From NCBI GenBank assembly GCA_044225505.1, contig JBGAIN010000045.1:1-47838 (forward strand): 47,838 nt of DNA, given 5' to 3'. The position numbers were made by a program, and so were the translations under genes. The DNA is from Limisphaerales bacterium (GTDB lineage: Bacteria > Verrucomicrobiota > Verrucomicrobiia > Limisphaerales > SIBE01). The notes beneath the pieces are model-generated. The model searched no databases and had not been told where the DNA came from. It saw only the letters and a program-made list of their open reading frames with translations. This document shows positions 17,063 to 27,425 of the stretch, piece after piece. How positions within the stretch are numbered: the stretch's first letter is position 1; each line of letters starts with the position of its first letter.

Positions 17063-17983
17063 ATGAAACTGACATCCATACTCTGTTTGTTCGTCGTTCT
17101 GATCACTTCCATTGGCCGGGCTCAAACTCCCATCAAAGACGTGCTCGCCCAAATCGACCCAGCCACGGCCAAGGCCAAGGACACCACTACGGAATTCACC
17201 GTCAGCGGCGTCGTGGCTGCTCGAGTCGTTCTGCCCAGCGAACAGTGCGTCGCATTCGTCCACACTCCAACAGAGCCTGCCTTGGCCGTTTTGGCCGACC
17301 CAAAGGATGGCGCACACCTGCTGCCCCGAAACGTGGTCAAACTCGTAGGCAAGCTGGGCGACGGTCCCTTCGGCGCGGCACTCATTGTCAAACCCGGGAC
17401 CGTTTCAATAACTGAAAGCAACAAGCCGTTCGCCTCGGTCTCTGTCTCAGGATTGTTATTCAAGGACGCAACCGCAATGAACGGTCGCTATGTGCAGCTA
17501 ACCAACGTTACTTTCGCCCCAGGAAGATTTGATGCGTCGGGCAAAGCGATCGTCAAGACTCCGGACGGTTCCGACGTCACTCTCCTGCTTAGCAAGGGCG
17601 TTGCGAACCGGGATGTTCCTGCCGATGCCACGGATGTTTTCGGCGTCGTTATCAAATCCGGTTCGGAATGGCAATTAGCGGCCGCTCGATTTCTGCCCAT
17701 AACACGCAAAGCCAGTCAGGAACTGGCAACGCTGAAGACCTGCCTCAGTTGCCACAATCCCGATACCCGTCAGATTGGTCCAGCCTACCGTGATGTAGCC
17801 TCCAAGTACCGCAATGACCCGGAAGCGATCAAGAAAATGACCGCCCAGATGGAGACGGGCGGCACTGGCAAGTGGGGTACCAACGTCATGGTCTCCCTCA
17901 AAGCCCTCGTTGCCCCGGCGGAGATGAACCGATTGGCCCATTGGATCTACAGTTACCGTTGGGACGCTGTCCTTGCAGAATGA
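17063..17983 (+). CDS. Exported protein: N-terminal OB-fold-like domains plus C-terminal cytochrome c551/c552-type monoheme domain
   Basis: Signal peptide; CLSCH..IGPAYRDVASKY..GKWGTNVM class I cytochrome c. The OB-fold assignment is an inference. Confidence 0.75.
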   Translation: MKLTSILCLFVVLITSIGRAQTPIKDVLAQIDPATAKAKDTTTEFTVSGVVAARVVLPSEQCVAFVHTPTEPALAVLADPKDGAHLLPRNVVKLVGKLGDGPFGAALIVKPGTVSITESNKPFASVSVSGLLFKDATAMNGRYVQLTNVTFAPGRFDASGKAIVKTPDGSDVTLLLSKGVANRDVPADATDVFGVVIKSGSEWQLAAARFLPITRKASQELATLKTCLSCHNPDTRQIGPAYRDVASKYRNDPEAIKKMTAQMETGGTGKWGTNVMVSLKALVAPAEMNRLAHWIYSYRWDAVLAE

Positions 17984-18139
17984 ATCGGCGTCTCTCCTTC
18001 GGCCCGGAAAAACCAAGAACGGTGTGTGATGACGATTTGGAGCAGTTCGGGATGACTCTCCAATCCTGGCGACCCCACCTAACGGCCACTTCCACACTGG
18101 CTGGGGGGATGGACAAAGAGCAGCCGGTTTCCAGTCATG

Positions 18140-18355
18140 CTAATCATGGGCGCTTCTCCGGACGGTCCGCGCCAGGAGCGCCATTAGGTGGTAAGGCCCA
18201 GACTCTCGGGTTTGGCCAAAGGCGACCAAGCGGGATCGTGGGGCATTGACACCAATGGCGATGATCGCTACCACCACCAGCAGTTCAATCCGGGTGAACC
18301 CCACCGGTCTAACACGACCGGCGCTCACTCTGGCATCCTTGAACTTGACAATCAT
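18140..18355 (-). pseudogene. Remnant of a prepilin-type protein gene
   Basis: RPVG|FTRIELLVVVAIIAI, after which the expected LAxxLLPAL continuation is lost and the ORF stops early. Confidence 0.55.
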
Positions 18356-18518
18356 GAGGACGCTCATGGTGGTATTTCGTATTAGACGAGCCCGCGGGGC
18401 CGACGTCACGGTCGAATGACTCATGGGACCAAGCAGGACGGCCATCAAGGCCTCGTGTCGCCAGAGCAACGCGGTAGTTGTGACTCGGTTATGAAAAACG
18501 GAGGCTGGATTCAGACCT

Positions 18519-21431
18519 TTATCTCGAAATTAGCCGAAAGAACATCGTTCCTGCCGTCGCGGGCACGGTGATCGTGTTGCCAGGCGCCGCGAGAGGTTGC
18601 CAGTTTTCAGTTGGCAACTCGTTGGCCTGTTGCAGTGTCCAGTTGGCGACGTTGTCTGGCCAGGAAACCACTAGGTTGCCACCGGTTGACCGGACAATGT
18701 TCAACGTGGGCTGACGGATGGGGATGCCCGTGCTGGTGGCGTTGAGGGTTAAGCTGGTGCCGCCGGCACCGGCCAGCGAATAGGTGAACCCATCCGCAAG
18801 CCCTTGCACGGTCACATCGGAGAAATTGCCGAGGACCAAGCCGCCTTTCACCACTTCGAAGATCTGTCCATTGGTCGGAGCGAAACCGTCGCGGAAGACG
18901 ATGGTCAAGTGGCCGGCGAGTGTCACGGTTCCGGTGGCTTCGATCTGGTCGTAGCTTACGCCTGCGATAGGGCCGCCCACTTCGATTTCCAGCGAGGTGC
19001 CCGTTGCCAAAGTCAGATCGCCTTCGATGGTGGCTTTTCCTGGCGACGAACCGGGCAGGAACGTTCCACCTTGTCTTAGCAGCAGCGAGCCGATCAGCTT
19101 GCCACCGAGACGAAACTTTCCCTGGTTGCCAATGAGGACAGTGCCAGGAATGGCAGCCTCGCTGACCTGTCCGACCGTGGCCGCACCTCCGTTCAGTCGG
19201 AGCAAACCGGGTTTGAACACCTCGAGATTAAACCCGGCCTGCAGCAGACCGCCAGAGGTCACATTGATCTCGCCGGGCCCAGTGGGGGCTTGGGAGGTGA
19301 TGCCTCCAATGCTGACGAGATTGAGGGTGCGCATCACCGATCCGGATCCCGAGATGGTGGCTACTCCTGTAGCTCCAGGCGCGCCGCTGCCAATGGTGAT
19401 TTGTTCGAAATTCACAAGGCCTCCGTTAGTCACGCTTAGCGTGCCCGCACCTTGCGCTCCGACGATCAATTCGCCTCGTTCTCCAATCCAGGCCGATCCC
19501 ACCCCATTCACCGTCGCTTGGCCGACCGAGCCAGGCTGGAAGGCTACTCTGGCAAGTCCACGGTCGTTGGCGAGGGCACCGGGCAACTCGACTCTCGATC
19601 CTTGCTCGATGCTCAACCGCCCGGCGCCAGCCTCCCCCACGTGCAGGACGCTGGCAACCGTCAGTGTCGAACCGGCGCCCGTCAGGTGCAGCACGTTAGT
19701 TCCAGTGTTAGACCCGACGAGCACCGTCGGTGCGGTCGCCAAGCCACCCGCAAAAATCGTCATTTGACTCGCCCCGGCCCGCCCAATCTCCAGAGTATCC
19801 CCCACTTCCAGACTGGTCCCAGCGCCAATGATTTCCAAGGTTCCGTCTGATCCTGCATTGACCCCCACGGTACACTTTGAGGCAAGGATGCGACCCCGGC
19901 TCCGAACACTGAGCAGGCCCTTGCCGCCAGTTCCGACGCCCGTTTCTCTGGCCAGCCGGGTGTCCAGGGCCGACGGGGACGGCAGCGATCCACCATTCAC
20001 GTCAACCTTACCCTCGCTGCCTGGCAGAAGGCCAACGGCCATGGCCGTACCGCGAACCTCCACGCGACCTCCGTCACCCAAATTCAATGTAGCTGCGCCA
20101 ATGGAGTTGCCGACGGCCATGCCATCCCGGGCGAGCCAGAATGAATTGGCCCCGAAGACCGAGCCGTCGGAATTTCCGCCCACCTTGCCGCCATCGAGGT
20201 AGGCTTTGGCGCAATCCAACGTGCCGCCATCCTCCACAGTCAACGATGCTTCACCTGAAGTGCCCAGATCCAGGTTTCCCGACAGCACCAAGGCCGATCC
20301 AGCTCCCGAGACGAGGCAGCCGGCGCTAGTCGTCGTAGCGCTCGGCCCGACGAATTCCCCGCCGGTGATGCGGCCACCATTCTTGATTTGGAGAGTGGAG
20401 TCCTCGGCCTTGTTGGCATACGAAAAGACCGATCCGGCATCGCGAACGATTACCGACGTCTTGCTGAGGCTGGCCGCGCTGCCATGGCCCTGGTTTTGCA
20501 CAGTGACTTTCTGAGGGCCGTCCCCGGTGATTCTGCCGGCGACGGCAAGACTCGACCCATTGCCGTCCACTGTATACCAGGCGTTATCAGCGAGGGCTCC
20601 GGCAGAAAACGTTGCGCCTGATTTAATGCTGATATCAGCGTAGAGCAGTCCCGGCACGGTTGTGCCCGATACACGCATGGTGTTGCCGCCGCCGTCCAAC
20701 AGCCAATCGCTCAGCGACGCGGTATCGGCGTCTACGGTCGAGCCGTTGATCGCGTGTCCGCTCCCTTTGAGCAGACCGGCGTGAAGCCGGCTTCCGTCCA
20801 GTTCGGCCAGGACCGTGAGTTCATCCCCTGCCAAAAGGGAACCGCCCGTGAGGAAGCACTTGCCCACATTTAACGCCCCTGTGTGGTGCCATTCAGAGCC
20901 GGATTCAAGCCGCGGCTGGGGAAGAGAGTAGCCATTGAGCTGAGCGGATGACGTAATCCGTGCCCCATTGACCGCTTTTATCCTCGTTTGGATCCCACTG
21001 GTTCCGAAATCAAAACGGTCCATCGTGAGTCCCGACCCATCGATCAGGATGAGTCCATCGCTCAGGCTGCTGAAAGGTCCCGTCCGAAGCGTCCCGCCGC
21101 CCTGCAGCACCACCGAATGGCCGCCTTGAATGTAGCTTCCGGCCGCATAGTCACCATCGAGTTGAAAGGTCACGGTGCCGATCATTTCCGTTGTGCCAGC
21201 GGAGGCGCCGTCGCAGGTCACCGTGTAGGTGCCATCCCTAAAAATAGCGAAGTCGCCAGCGCCTGGATAACCGCCGCCACCGTCCGCATTTTGCCAACTG
21301 GAAGGGGCGTTGAAAGCCCCGCTGACGGGCGGGTTGACCCATGCGAACGTAGCTGCTTTGGCGTGGGTACCTGCCAGGAACAAAAGGGAACTGCACAACA
21401 AGTGTGCCAACGGGCGGCTCATAGTCATCAT
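18519..21431 (-). CDS. Secreted beta-helix protein with T5SS/PEP-CTERM-associated repeats and C-terminal 'FFRL' domain
   Basis: Signal peptide ending AKA; repeats such as V.G.GS......L.VG..G.G.L.V..GG; PGSSPGKATIEGDL..LEIEVGG..YDQI; ends MFFRLISR. Confidence 0.85.
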   Translation of the reverse strand: MMTMSRPLAHLLCSSLLFLAGTHAKAATFAWVNPPVSGAFNAPSSWQNADGGGGYPGAGDFAIFRDGTYTVTCDGASAGTTEMIGTVTFQLDGDYAAGSYIQGGHSVVLQGGGTLRTGPFSSLSDGLILIDGSGLTMDRFDFGTSGIQTRIKAVNGARITSSAQLNGYSLPQPRLESGSEWHHTGALNVGKCFLTGGSLLAGDELTVLAELDGSRLHAGLLKGSGHAINGSTVDADTASLSDWLLDGGGNTMRVSGTTVPGLLYADISIKSGATFSAGALADNAWYTVDGNGSSLAVAGRITGDGPQKVTVQNQGHGSAASLSKTSVIVRDAGSVFSYANKAEDSTLQIKNGGRITGGEFVGPSATTTSAGCLVSGAGSALVLSGNLDLGTSGEASLTVEDGGTLDCAKAYLDGGKVGGNSDGSVFGANSFWLARDGMAVGNSIGAATLNLGDGGRVEVRGTAMAVGLLPGSEGKVDVNGGSLPSPSALDTRLARETGVGTGGKGLLSVRSRGRILASKCTVGVNAGSDGTLEIIGAGTSLEVGDTLEIGRAGASQMTIFAGGLATAPTVLVGSNTGTNVLHLTGAGSTLTVASVLHVGEAGAGRLSIEQGSRVELPGALANDRGLARVAFQPGSVGQATVNGVGSAWIGERGELIVGAQGAGTLSVTNGGLVNFEQITIGSGAPGATGVATISGSGSVMRTLNLVSIGGITSQAPTGPGEINVTSGGLLQAGFNLEVFKPGLLRLNGGAATVGQVSEAAIPGTVLIGNQGKFRLGGKLIGSLLLRQGGTFLPGSSPGKATIEGDLTLATGTSLEIEVGGPIAGVSYDQIEATGTVTLAGHLTIVFRDGFAPTNGQIFEVVKGGLVLGNFSDVTVQGLADGFTYSLAGAGGTSLTLNATSTGIPIRQPTLNIVRSTGGNLVVSWPDNVANWTLQQANELPTENWQPLAAPGNTITVPATAGTMFFRLISR

Positions 21432-21868
21432 TTGCGGTCGAAACCGTCTCAGCACGCGGACCGAAACACAAGCAGACAAGCGCCTTAGCCGCAAATCCAG
21501 TCCGATAAAAGCGCCTGCGAGCTCCTTGTAGAGAATACTTTGAAGGCCGAAACCAGCTGTGCGAGAACAGCTTTCTCCGGTCCGATCCCGCCCGCCGCTC
21601 GACATCGAATCTTCAAGTGAAGGGGATTGCGTGCCAGCGGCAGCTGCATTCCATGCATTCTCGTCGACCCCAAGTAACCCGAGAAGAGGGGCCCGAAAAT
21701 CAGGCGGTAGACCCCAAAACCGGGTTCAATCTTAAGCAATGCCGTTGGTCCGGAACTGTCTGCTCTGGCGACACGAAAAAAAACAGAGGAAGATCACTGC
21801 ATGGCGAGGCGCCGCTCGGAGTGGGACTCGACTTGCAGGAGGGGTGCCCGCCACTTAAGCTGTTTCGC

Positions 21869-22174
21869 ATGACGGGTTTAAAGTGCATGGCGGTGTTGAA
21901 AGCCTTGGGCGAGATGAATCGCTTGCGGATTATGCGCCTGTTGCTCAAAGAGCAGTTGGGTGTCAATGCTTTGGCGAAGCGGTTAAAGGTCTCGGAATAC
22001 AACGTGTCCAAGCATTTGCGAATCCTGAAAGATGCTGGCTTGCTGGAAATGGAAAAATCGGGCAAGCAACGACTCTACGGGGTTGTTCCCAGCCTCACGG
22101 ATGAGTTGGCCAAAAACCAGAACGTGTTGGAGTTGGGCTGTTGCACCTTTCGCTTCGACAAACTTCCGCGATAA
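21869..22174 (+). CDS. ArsR/SmtB family transcriptional regulator
   Basis: LKALGEMNRLRIMRLL..VSEYNVSKHLRILKDAGLL..GKQRLY; C-terminal LGCCTFRF. Confidence 0.9.
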   Translation: MTGLKCMAVLKALGEMNRLRIMRLLLKEQLGVNALAKRLKVSEYNVSKHLRILKDAGLLEMEKSGKQRLYGVVPSLTDELAKNQNVLELGCCTFRFDKLPR

Positions 22175-22200
22175 TCTCCGTAGCATCGTCAAGAAAAGGG

Positions 22201-22229
22201 TTGAGTGCAGGAACGATCATCTGCACTAT
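22201..22229 (+). promoter_or_regulatory. Putative promoter with an overlapping inverted-repeat operator (likely ArsR site)
   Basis: TTGAGT-N17-CACTAT; GTGCAG-N10-CTGCAC palindrome at 22205-22226. Confidence 0.45.
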
Positions 22230-22243
22230 TGCGCAGACGTAAT

Positions 22244-23304
22244 ATGCGTTCCAAACCCAACGGCCCCGTTCCCAAGCGCTCCCCTGTGCGAACGGCGCGT
22301 TATATCATGATCGGCGGCTTCCTCGGCGCAGGGAAAACCACAGCCGTAGGGAGGCTCGCGCAGCATTTGGCCGACCAGGGGCTTCGGGTGGGCCTCATCA
22401 CCAACGACCAAGGGCGTAATCTCGTGGACACCGCCACGCTGCGGTCTCAAGGATTCGCAACCGAGGAAATTCCCGGGGGCTGTTTTTGTTGCCGGTTCAA
22501 TTCTTTGGTGGATGCAGCCACGAGGCTCACGGAGCAAAGTCGCCCGGAGGTTTTCATCGCGGAACCCGTGGGGAGTTGCACGGACCTCGTGGCCACCGTG
22601 ACCTACCCGCTTCGGCGGCTTTACCGTGGCCGTTTTACCATCGCGCCGGTCAGTGTGCTAGTGGATCCGATCCGCGCGGCGCGCGTGTTCGGGCTGGAAA
22701 AGGGCGGCAGCTTTACGGAGAAGGTGCTTTACATCTACCTCAAGCAGCTCGAGGAAGCTGACCTGGTCATTATCAGTAAATCCGACCTGCTCCGGCAGGA
22801 TCAGTTGGATGCCCTGCAAAAGGCGATCACAGCGAAGTTTCCAGGAAAGGAAGTTATGTACGCTTCCGCGCGACAGGGCACCAACCTGGCGGAGTGGTTC
22901 GCTCGACTCACGAGCGAGCAACAGTCGGCCGGGCGCGCGATGGAAGTGGATTATCAGGTTTATGCGGAGGGGGAGGCCCTTCTGGGTTGGCTGAACTGCA
23001 CCGTGCGATTGACGGCGAAGAAGGCGTTCGACGCGGACAGTCTGCTGGCGCGGCTGGCGATTGAGGTGCAAAAGCGACTGCAGATCCAAAAGGCTCCATC
23101 AGGCTCAAGCGTCTGGTGATCGATGGACAACTGATTATCAACCTTCGTGCGGAGGCCGCGCCCGATGTTCTTGGGACCGTGGTCAGAGAAGCGCTGCTGG
23201 CGGCGGCCAAGTCCTGCCCAACACTGATAGCGACCGTGGACCATTTGGAACATTTCCGGCCGGGCAAACCGACGCCGACGCATCGTCTATTGAATGCCAG
23301 GTAG
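22244..23304 (+). pseudogene. CobW/COG0523-like G3E P-loop GTPase, split by an internal deletion/frameshift near 23095-23115
   Basis: GGFLGAGKTT, ITNDQG, GGCFCC, AEPVGSC and SKSD motifs. The first frame stops at 23119; a plausible C-terminus (GQLIINLRAEAAP..FRPGKPTPTHR) continues in another frame to 23304. Confidence 0.7.
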
Positions 23305-23312
23305 CCAGTTTG

Positions 23313-24122
23313 ATGACGAAGATTCCCAACTGGTTTATCGGTGAACTCTTCGGCACTTTCCTGCTCGTATTCTTTGGCTGTGGCAGTGTCTGCGCGGCTG
23401 TTTTGACCGGAGCCCAAGTCGGAGTGTTTCAAGTGGCCATTGTGTGGGGCCTCGGCATCGCCACGGCCATCTATTTGACCGCCGCTTTGAGTGGAGCGCA
23501 CCTAAACCCCGCCGTGACTTTGAGCATGGCGGTATGGTCCGACTTCCCAAAAGTCCGGATGGCAGGTTACTTCGCCGCACAATTGCAGGGAGCGTTCGTG
23601 GGCGCGGCCGTGCTGTACTTTGTTTTTGGTGACGCACTTAGCGCATTTGAAAGCGCTAACCGCATCATTCGTGGCCAACCTGGCAGCGAAGCCAGCGCCA
23701 TGGTGTTTGGGGAATTCTTCCCGAATCCAAGGGGACATCCGCTAACGAATGAAACACGAGCGTGCATCTCTTCGTCGTCTGCCTTTGGAGCCGAGGTGAT
23801 AGGCACGGCGATCCTGTTGCTTGTCATTTTCTGTGTGACTGATGAGCGAAATAAAGCTCGTCCGCAAGCACTGGCGGCGGCGACGATTGGGCTTACCGTG
23901 ACCGGGCTAATTTCCATCCTCGGACCGTTGACGATGGCATGTTTCAATCCCGCCCGTGACTTAGCGCCTCGTATGTTTTCCGCGCTGGTTGGGTGGGGGC
24001 ACGTTCCGTTCACCGTCAACGGCTGGGGTTGGTTGTCGGTTTATGTATTGGCGCCCATGCTTGGCGGTTTGCTTGGTGGAGGCATCTATCAGCGCTTGTT
24101 CAAGCCGGGCTACGCAGCCTGA
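23313..24122 (+). CDS. MIP/aquaglyceroporin (GlpF-like) channel
   Basis: GELFGTFLLVFFGCG, SGAHLNPAVT and FNPARD (Asp after the second NPA). Confidence 0.92.
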   Translation: MTKIPNWFIGELFGTFLLVFFGCGSVCAAVLTGAQVGVFQVAIVWGLGIATAIYLTAALSGAHLNPAVTLSMAVWSDFPKVRMAGYFAAQLQGAFVGAAVLYFVFGDALSAFESANRIIRGQPGSEASAMVFGEFFPNPRGHPLTNETRACISSSSAFGAEVIGTAILLLVIFCVTDERNKARPQALAAATIGLTVTGLISILGPLTMACFNPARDLAPRMFSALVGWGHVPFTVNGWGWLSVYVLAPMLGGLLGGGIYQRLFKPGYAA

Positions 24123-24819
24123 ACGCGGCAGATGAACGGGCGCAGCCACGCCCGGGTTGATTCGAGGCAAGGCCTTGGTCCGGATCATGGGCGTAACTCC
24201 GCTCCCGGCACTGCCACTTCACCGCTGACGCTTCGGCGCCATGGCAAGAATTCCCAGAATTTGTCCTTAACCGCTCGGGCAGTGGTCGTTCCGAGTCAAT
24301 CAGCAGTTGCTGATCAGCCAAGGCTTAGCCTTGCCCCGGGCCAAAGGCCAACCAACGTTAACGCGGGCTGAGACGGAGCGTCCACCGCCGCAGCCGCCGC
24401 CCCACCGGGATGCGCCCGGTCAGGGCAAACCAAACCGTGCGGGGGGCGTAAAGCCGTTACCACCCGGTCGACTCTCCGCCGTATGATCGTGACCGTGGAA
24501 GAGAAGGGAGCCCTTCTTGAACAGAAGGTCTCCCAGAGAACGAAGCGAGAGGTTAGCCGTAGAGCTTTCTGACCGAGGATCAGCCCAGCCCGAGCTCAAT
24601 TTGAGCGCAACCCTTTGGACGGCGGCTCTTTCGCGCGCCCACGGCGTTGCTCGCTCGTTATCCCGACTTGTCGGGACGGGTATGGGCCTCTCTCGCACCT
24701 GGCGGGCGCGCAATAGCCCCCGCTGCGAAAATGCATGGACTCAGCGGCCACCACACTAGCTCCTGGCGTATGATAGCCTGGTGTGACCCGAGTGGGCGTT
24801 GGCAATTCCAACGCCGGCG

Positions 24820-25740
24820 CTAATGGCCCGACAGGGCTGGGAGAAGATTGCCCGCCTCGATCTGCCTGGATTTCTCGAAGATTTGCGTGGCGTATTTCGA
24901 TTGCAGCGCTTTTCCTTCGGTCAACAGCTTGGCAAAAATGTTTTGGAGTTGATTGGCGTCTAAAGTGCGTCCCGACGCGTAGTACTGCTTGCCAATCTGG
25001 CCGAGGGCGTAGGTCGTTCCGAACGCCATCGCTGATCCGGTTGCTGTTTCAGCCACCCCTGCCATGAACTTGCCCCCGAGCGATCGAGTGAGGTTTCCGA
25101 CCAGCTTGCGCGCGAATCCCTCCACCACTTGGGACGTGAGTCCCACGCCGACCGTGGCGAGAAAGTCCTGAATATGATGACGGCTCAGCTCAAAGCCGTG
25201 GTTTTGGCCGATGCGATAGACCATCCGAATTTGGATAGGGACAATCGACATCGTCGCAATCGACGGCGGCAGCAGTTCAAGGGCGGCAGTCAAAACAGCG
25301 CAGTTCAGGATCATCTGATCGATGTCGTTCTCGGCGGCAACGCTCAGGCGTCCAGGCAACTGGACGGGAGGGGTCTGTGCTACCTGTTCAACTTTCGTTT
25401 TGATTTGGGCAGACGCGGTGTCGTCGAGTTGTAAGAGGCTGCGAAGCTCTTGAAGGAAGCGCTGTTCATCCGGGGAGGTGACGTTATCTGCATTGCACAC
25501 GCAGACCGCCATTTCGTAGGCGAGCGTCCGACCCTCGGGACTGGCAACGTTTTGCGACGCTTGAGGCAGGGTAAGTTTTTGCCCTTGGATCTGCTGGTAG
25601 ATCGTTCCGAGCGTCGGGTTTTGATGAAAACCGGCCGTGATCTTCTGCACCTGGGTGCGCTCGGAGTCGCTTTGGGATCCGTCCGCCAGAGCGGCGAAGA
25701 TGCAAATCGCGATGACGCCTTGTTGTTCGAGGTCATTCAT
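24820..25740 (-). CDS. TerB/DUF533-like domain plus DUF697-like (YcjF) C-terminal domain protein
   Basis: FAALADGSQSDSER, AYEMAVCVCNAD..EQRFL, ALELLP..IVPIQIRMVYRIG and FGTTYALG. Confidence 0.7.
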   Translation of the reverse strand: MNDLEQQGVIAICIFAALADGSQSDSERTQVQKITAGFHQNPTLGTIYQQIQGQKLTLPQASQNVASPEGRTLAYEMAVCVCNADNVTSPDEQRFLQELRSLLQLDDTASAQIKTKVEQVAQTPPVQLPGRLSVAAENDIDQMILNCAVLTAALELLPPSIATMSIVPIQIRMVYRIGQNHGFELSRHHIQDFLATVGVGLTSQVVEGFARKLVGNLTRSLGGKFMAGVAETATGSAMAFGTTYALGQIGKQYYASGRTLDANQLQNIFAKLLTEGKALQSKYATQIFEKSRQIEAGNLLPALSGH

Positions 25741-25901
25741 AGATTGAGGGGTTGCTCGTGAGCTACCATGACTCCAGATGGGGAAGGAAGGAAACAGAAA
25801 ATTGATTGAGAGGGGGGTCTGGTCCTGCCGCGGATTCATCAAACCCTGGACGGCAGCTGGGACTGGAACAGGCTGAACCGCGACGATGCGCCCCCCGTGC
25901 G

Positions 25902-26561
25902 TTACGCGTCTTTGCTGATGTGACGAATGTCCTGAGCTTCGGAAAGGAAGACGACGTCTTCGGCAATGTTGACGGCGTGATCAGCGATCCGTTCGAGGCT
26001 TTTTGAGGCAACGATCAGTCGCATCCCACGCGTGACGTTTCCCGATTCGAGCTGCATGAGCGCCGTGACATCTTCCTGGATTTTACGATGGAGTTTGTCG
26101 GCTTCACGATCACGGGGTGGGATAGCGCGCGCGCTGATAGGATCTTGGTTGACGAAGGCGTCCAGGGCGGATTTGAGCATGTCCAGGGAAAGGGTCACCA
26201 GCTGCGTAAGCTGGGTGGGGACGACCAAAGGTGGTTCAAGGCTCAGGTCGATGGCGCGTCGGGCGATTGTGGTGGCTTCGTCGCCGATCCTCTCCAAGTC
26301 GCGCGAGATTTTCATGGTGGTCGTAATCAGGCGCAGATCGGAACCTAAAGGAGCTTTGGCCAGCAGGTGAATCGCGAGTTCATCGATGCGCACTTCCAGT
26401 TGGTCGAGAGCGTCATCTTCAAGTTTAACTCGTTGCGCCAGGTCAGCATCGCGGGATTGGAGGGCTTGCATGGCCCAGCTGACGGCTGTCTCCGCCAACC
26501 CAGCCATCTTCAGCAATTCTTGTTTCAGTTGATCAATCTCTTGGTGCAAATGCGGGTTCAT
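25902..26561 (-). CDS. phoU: Phosphate signalling complex protein PhoU
   Basis: DLRLITTTMKISRDLERIGD and KSLERIADHAVNIAEDV. Confidence 0.95.
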   Translation of the reverse strand: MNPHLHQEIDQLKQELLKMAGLAETAVSWAMQALQSRDADLAQRVKLEDDALDQLEVRIDELAIHLLAKAPLGSDLRLITTTMKISRDLERIGDEATTIARRAIDLSLEPPLVVPTQLTQLVTLSLDMLKSALDAFVNQDPISARAIPPRDREADKLHRKIQEDVTALMQLESGNVTRGMRLIVASKSLERIADHAVNIAEDVVFLSEAQDIRHISKDA

Positions 26562-26579
26562 CGGTAATGGGCTGCAGGC

Positions 26580-27425
26580 CTATCCAAAACGGCCGGTGAC
26601 ATAGTCTTCTGTTTGTTTTTTCTTTGGGCTGGTGAATATGCGTCCAGTGGTGCCGTGTTCTACCAACTCCCCGAGGAATAAGAATGCGGTCTCTTCGGAG
26701 ATACGAGAGGCTTGTTGCAAATTGTGCGTCACGATGATGAGAGTCAGCTCCTTTCTTAAACGCATAATTGTGTCTTCGATCTTACCTGTGCCAATGGGAT
26801 CGAGTGTGGCGGCCGGTTCGTCAAGGAGCAACACCTCGGGATTCATCGCTAATGCCCGAGCCACACACAACCGTTGTTGTTGACCGCTCGAAAGATGCAG
26901 TGGCGAGGCGCCCAGCCGATCTTTCACCTCGTCCCAGAGATTGGCTCGTCGCAGCGATTGTTCGAGGCGTTCTTCCATCAACTCGCGGTTGGTGAACCGG
27001 TTGAGGCGCAAGCCCACCGTGACGTTTTCCGCAATGGACATCATCGGAAAGGGGTTTGGTTTCGGAAAGATCATTCCGACTCGGCGGCGGAGGCTGGCCG
27101 GATCGAGATCACCACCCAACAGTTTAGTTCCAAAGTAGCGAATCTGTCCTTCCACTCGAACTTCGGGTTGCAGATCCAGGAGCAAGTTGAGGGTTTTCAG
27201 AAGAGTGGATTTGCCGCAGCCACTTGGCCCGATAATTGCCGTCACGGTTTTGGCGCGCACGGAGAAGGAAACGGACCTCAAGGCTTGATGAACCCCGTAA
27301 TAGACGCTGAGGTTTTCGATGTCGAAAGCAGTTACTGGGACAGAATCATGACGCGTCGCAGGCGACCGCGGCGGACGAGCAGCAGAGGATTCGAGGTCAA
27401 ATAGATCCGCGGCCGATTCACTCAT
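26580..27425 (-). CDS. pstB: Phosphate ABC transporter ATP-binding protein (variant Q-loop and signature)
   Basis: GPSGCGKST, LRRRVGMIFPKPNPFP, LWDEVKDRL, LSSGQQQRLC, DEP, VTHN and TEDYVTGRFG. Confidence 0.92.
   Translation of the reverse strand: MSESAADLFDLESSAARPPRSPATRHDSVPVTAFDIENLSVYYGVHQALRSVSFSVRAKTVTAIIGPSGCGKSTLLKTLNLLLDLQPEVRVEGQIRYFGTKLLGGDLDPASLRRRVGMIFPKPNPFPMMSIAENVTVGLRLNRFTNRELMEERLEQSLRRANLWDEVKDRLGASPLHLSSGQQQRLCVARALAMNPEVLLLDEPAATLDPIGTGKIEDTIMRLRKELTLIIVTHNLQQASRISEETAFLFLGELVEHGTTGRIFTSPKKKQTEDYVTGRFG

Noticed and set aside
24418..24500. Resemblance to a c-di-GMP-I (GEMM) riboswitch: CAGGGCAAACCA...GGGCGTAAAGCC
   Set aside because: No GNRA tetraloop, weak P2 pairing, no tetraloop receptor and no credible downstream + strand gene. 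An Infernal scan against Rfam would settle it.
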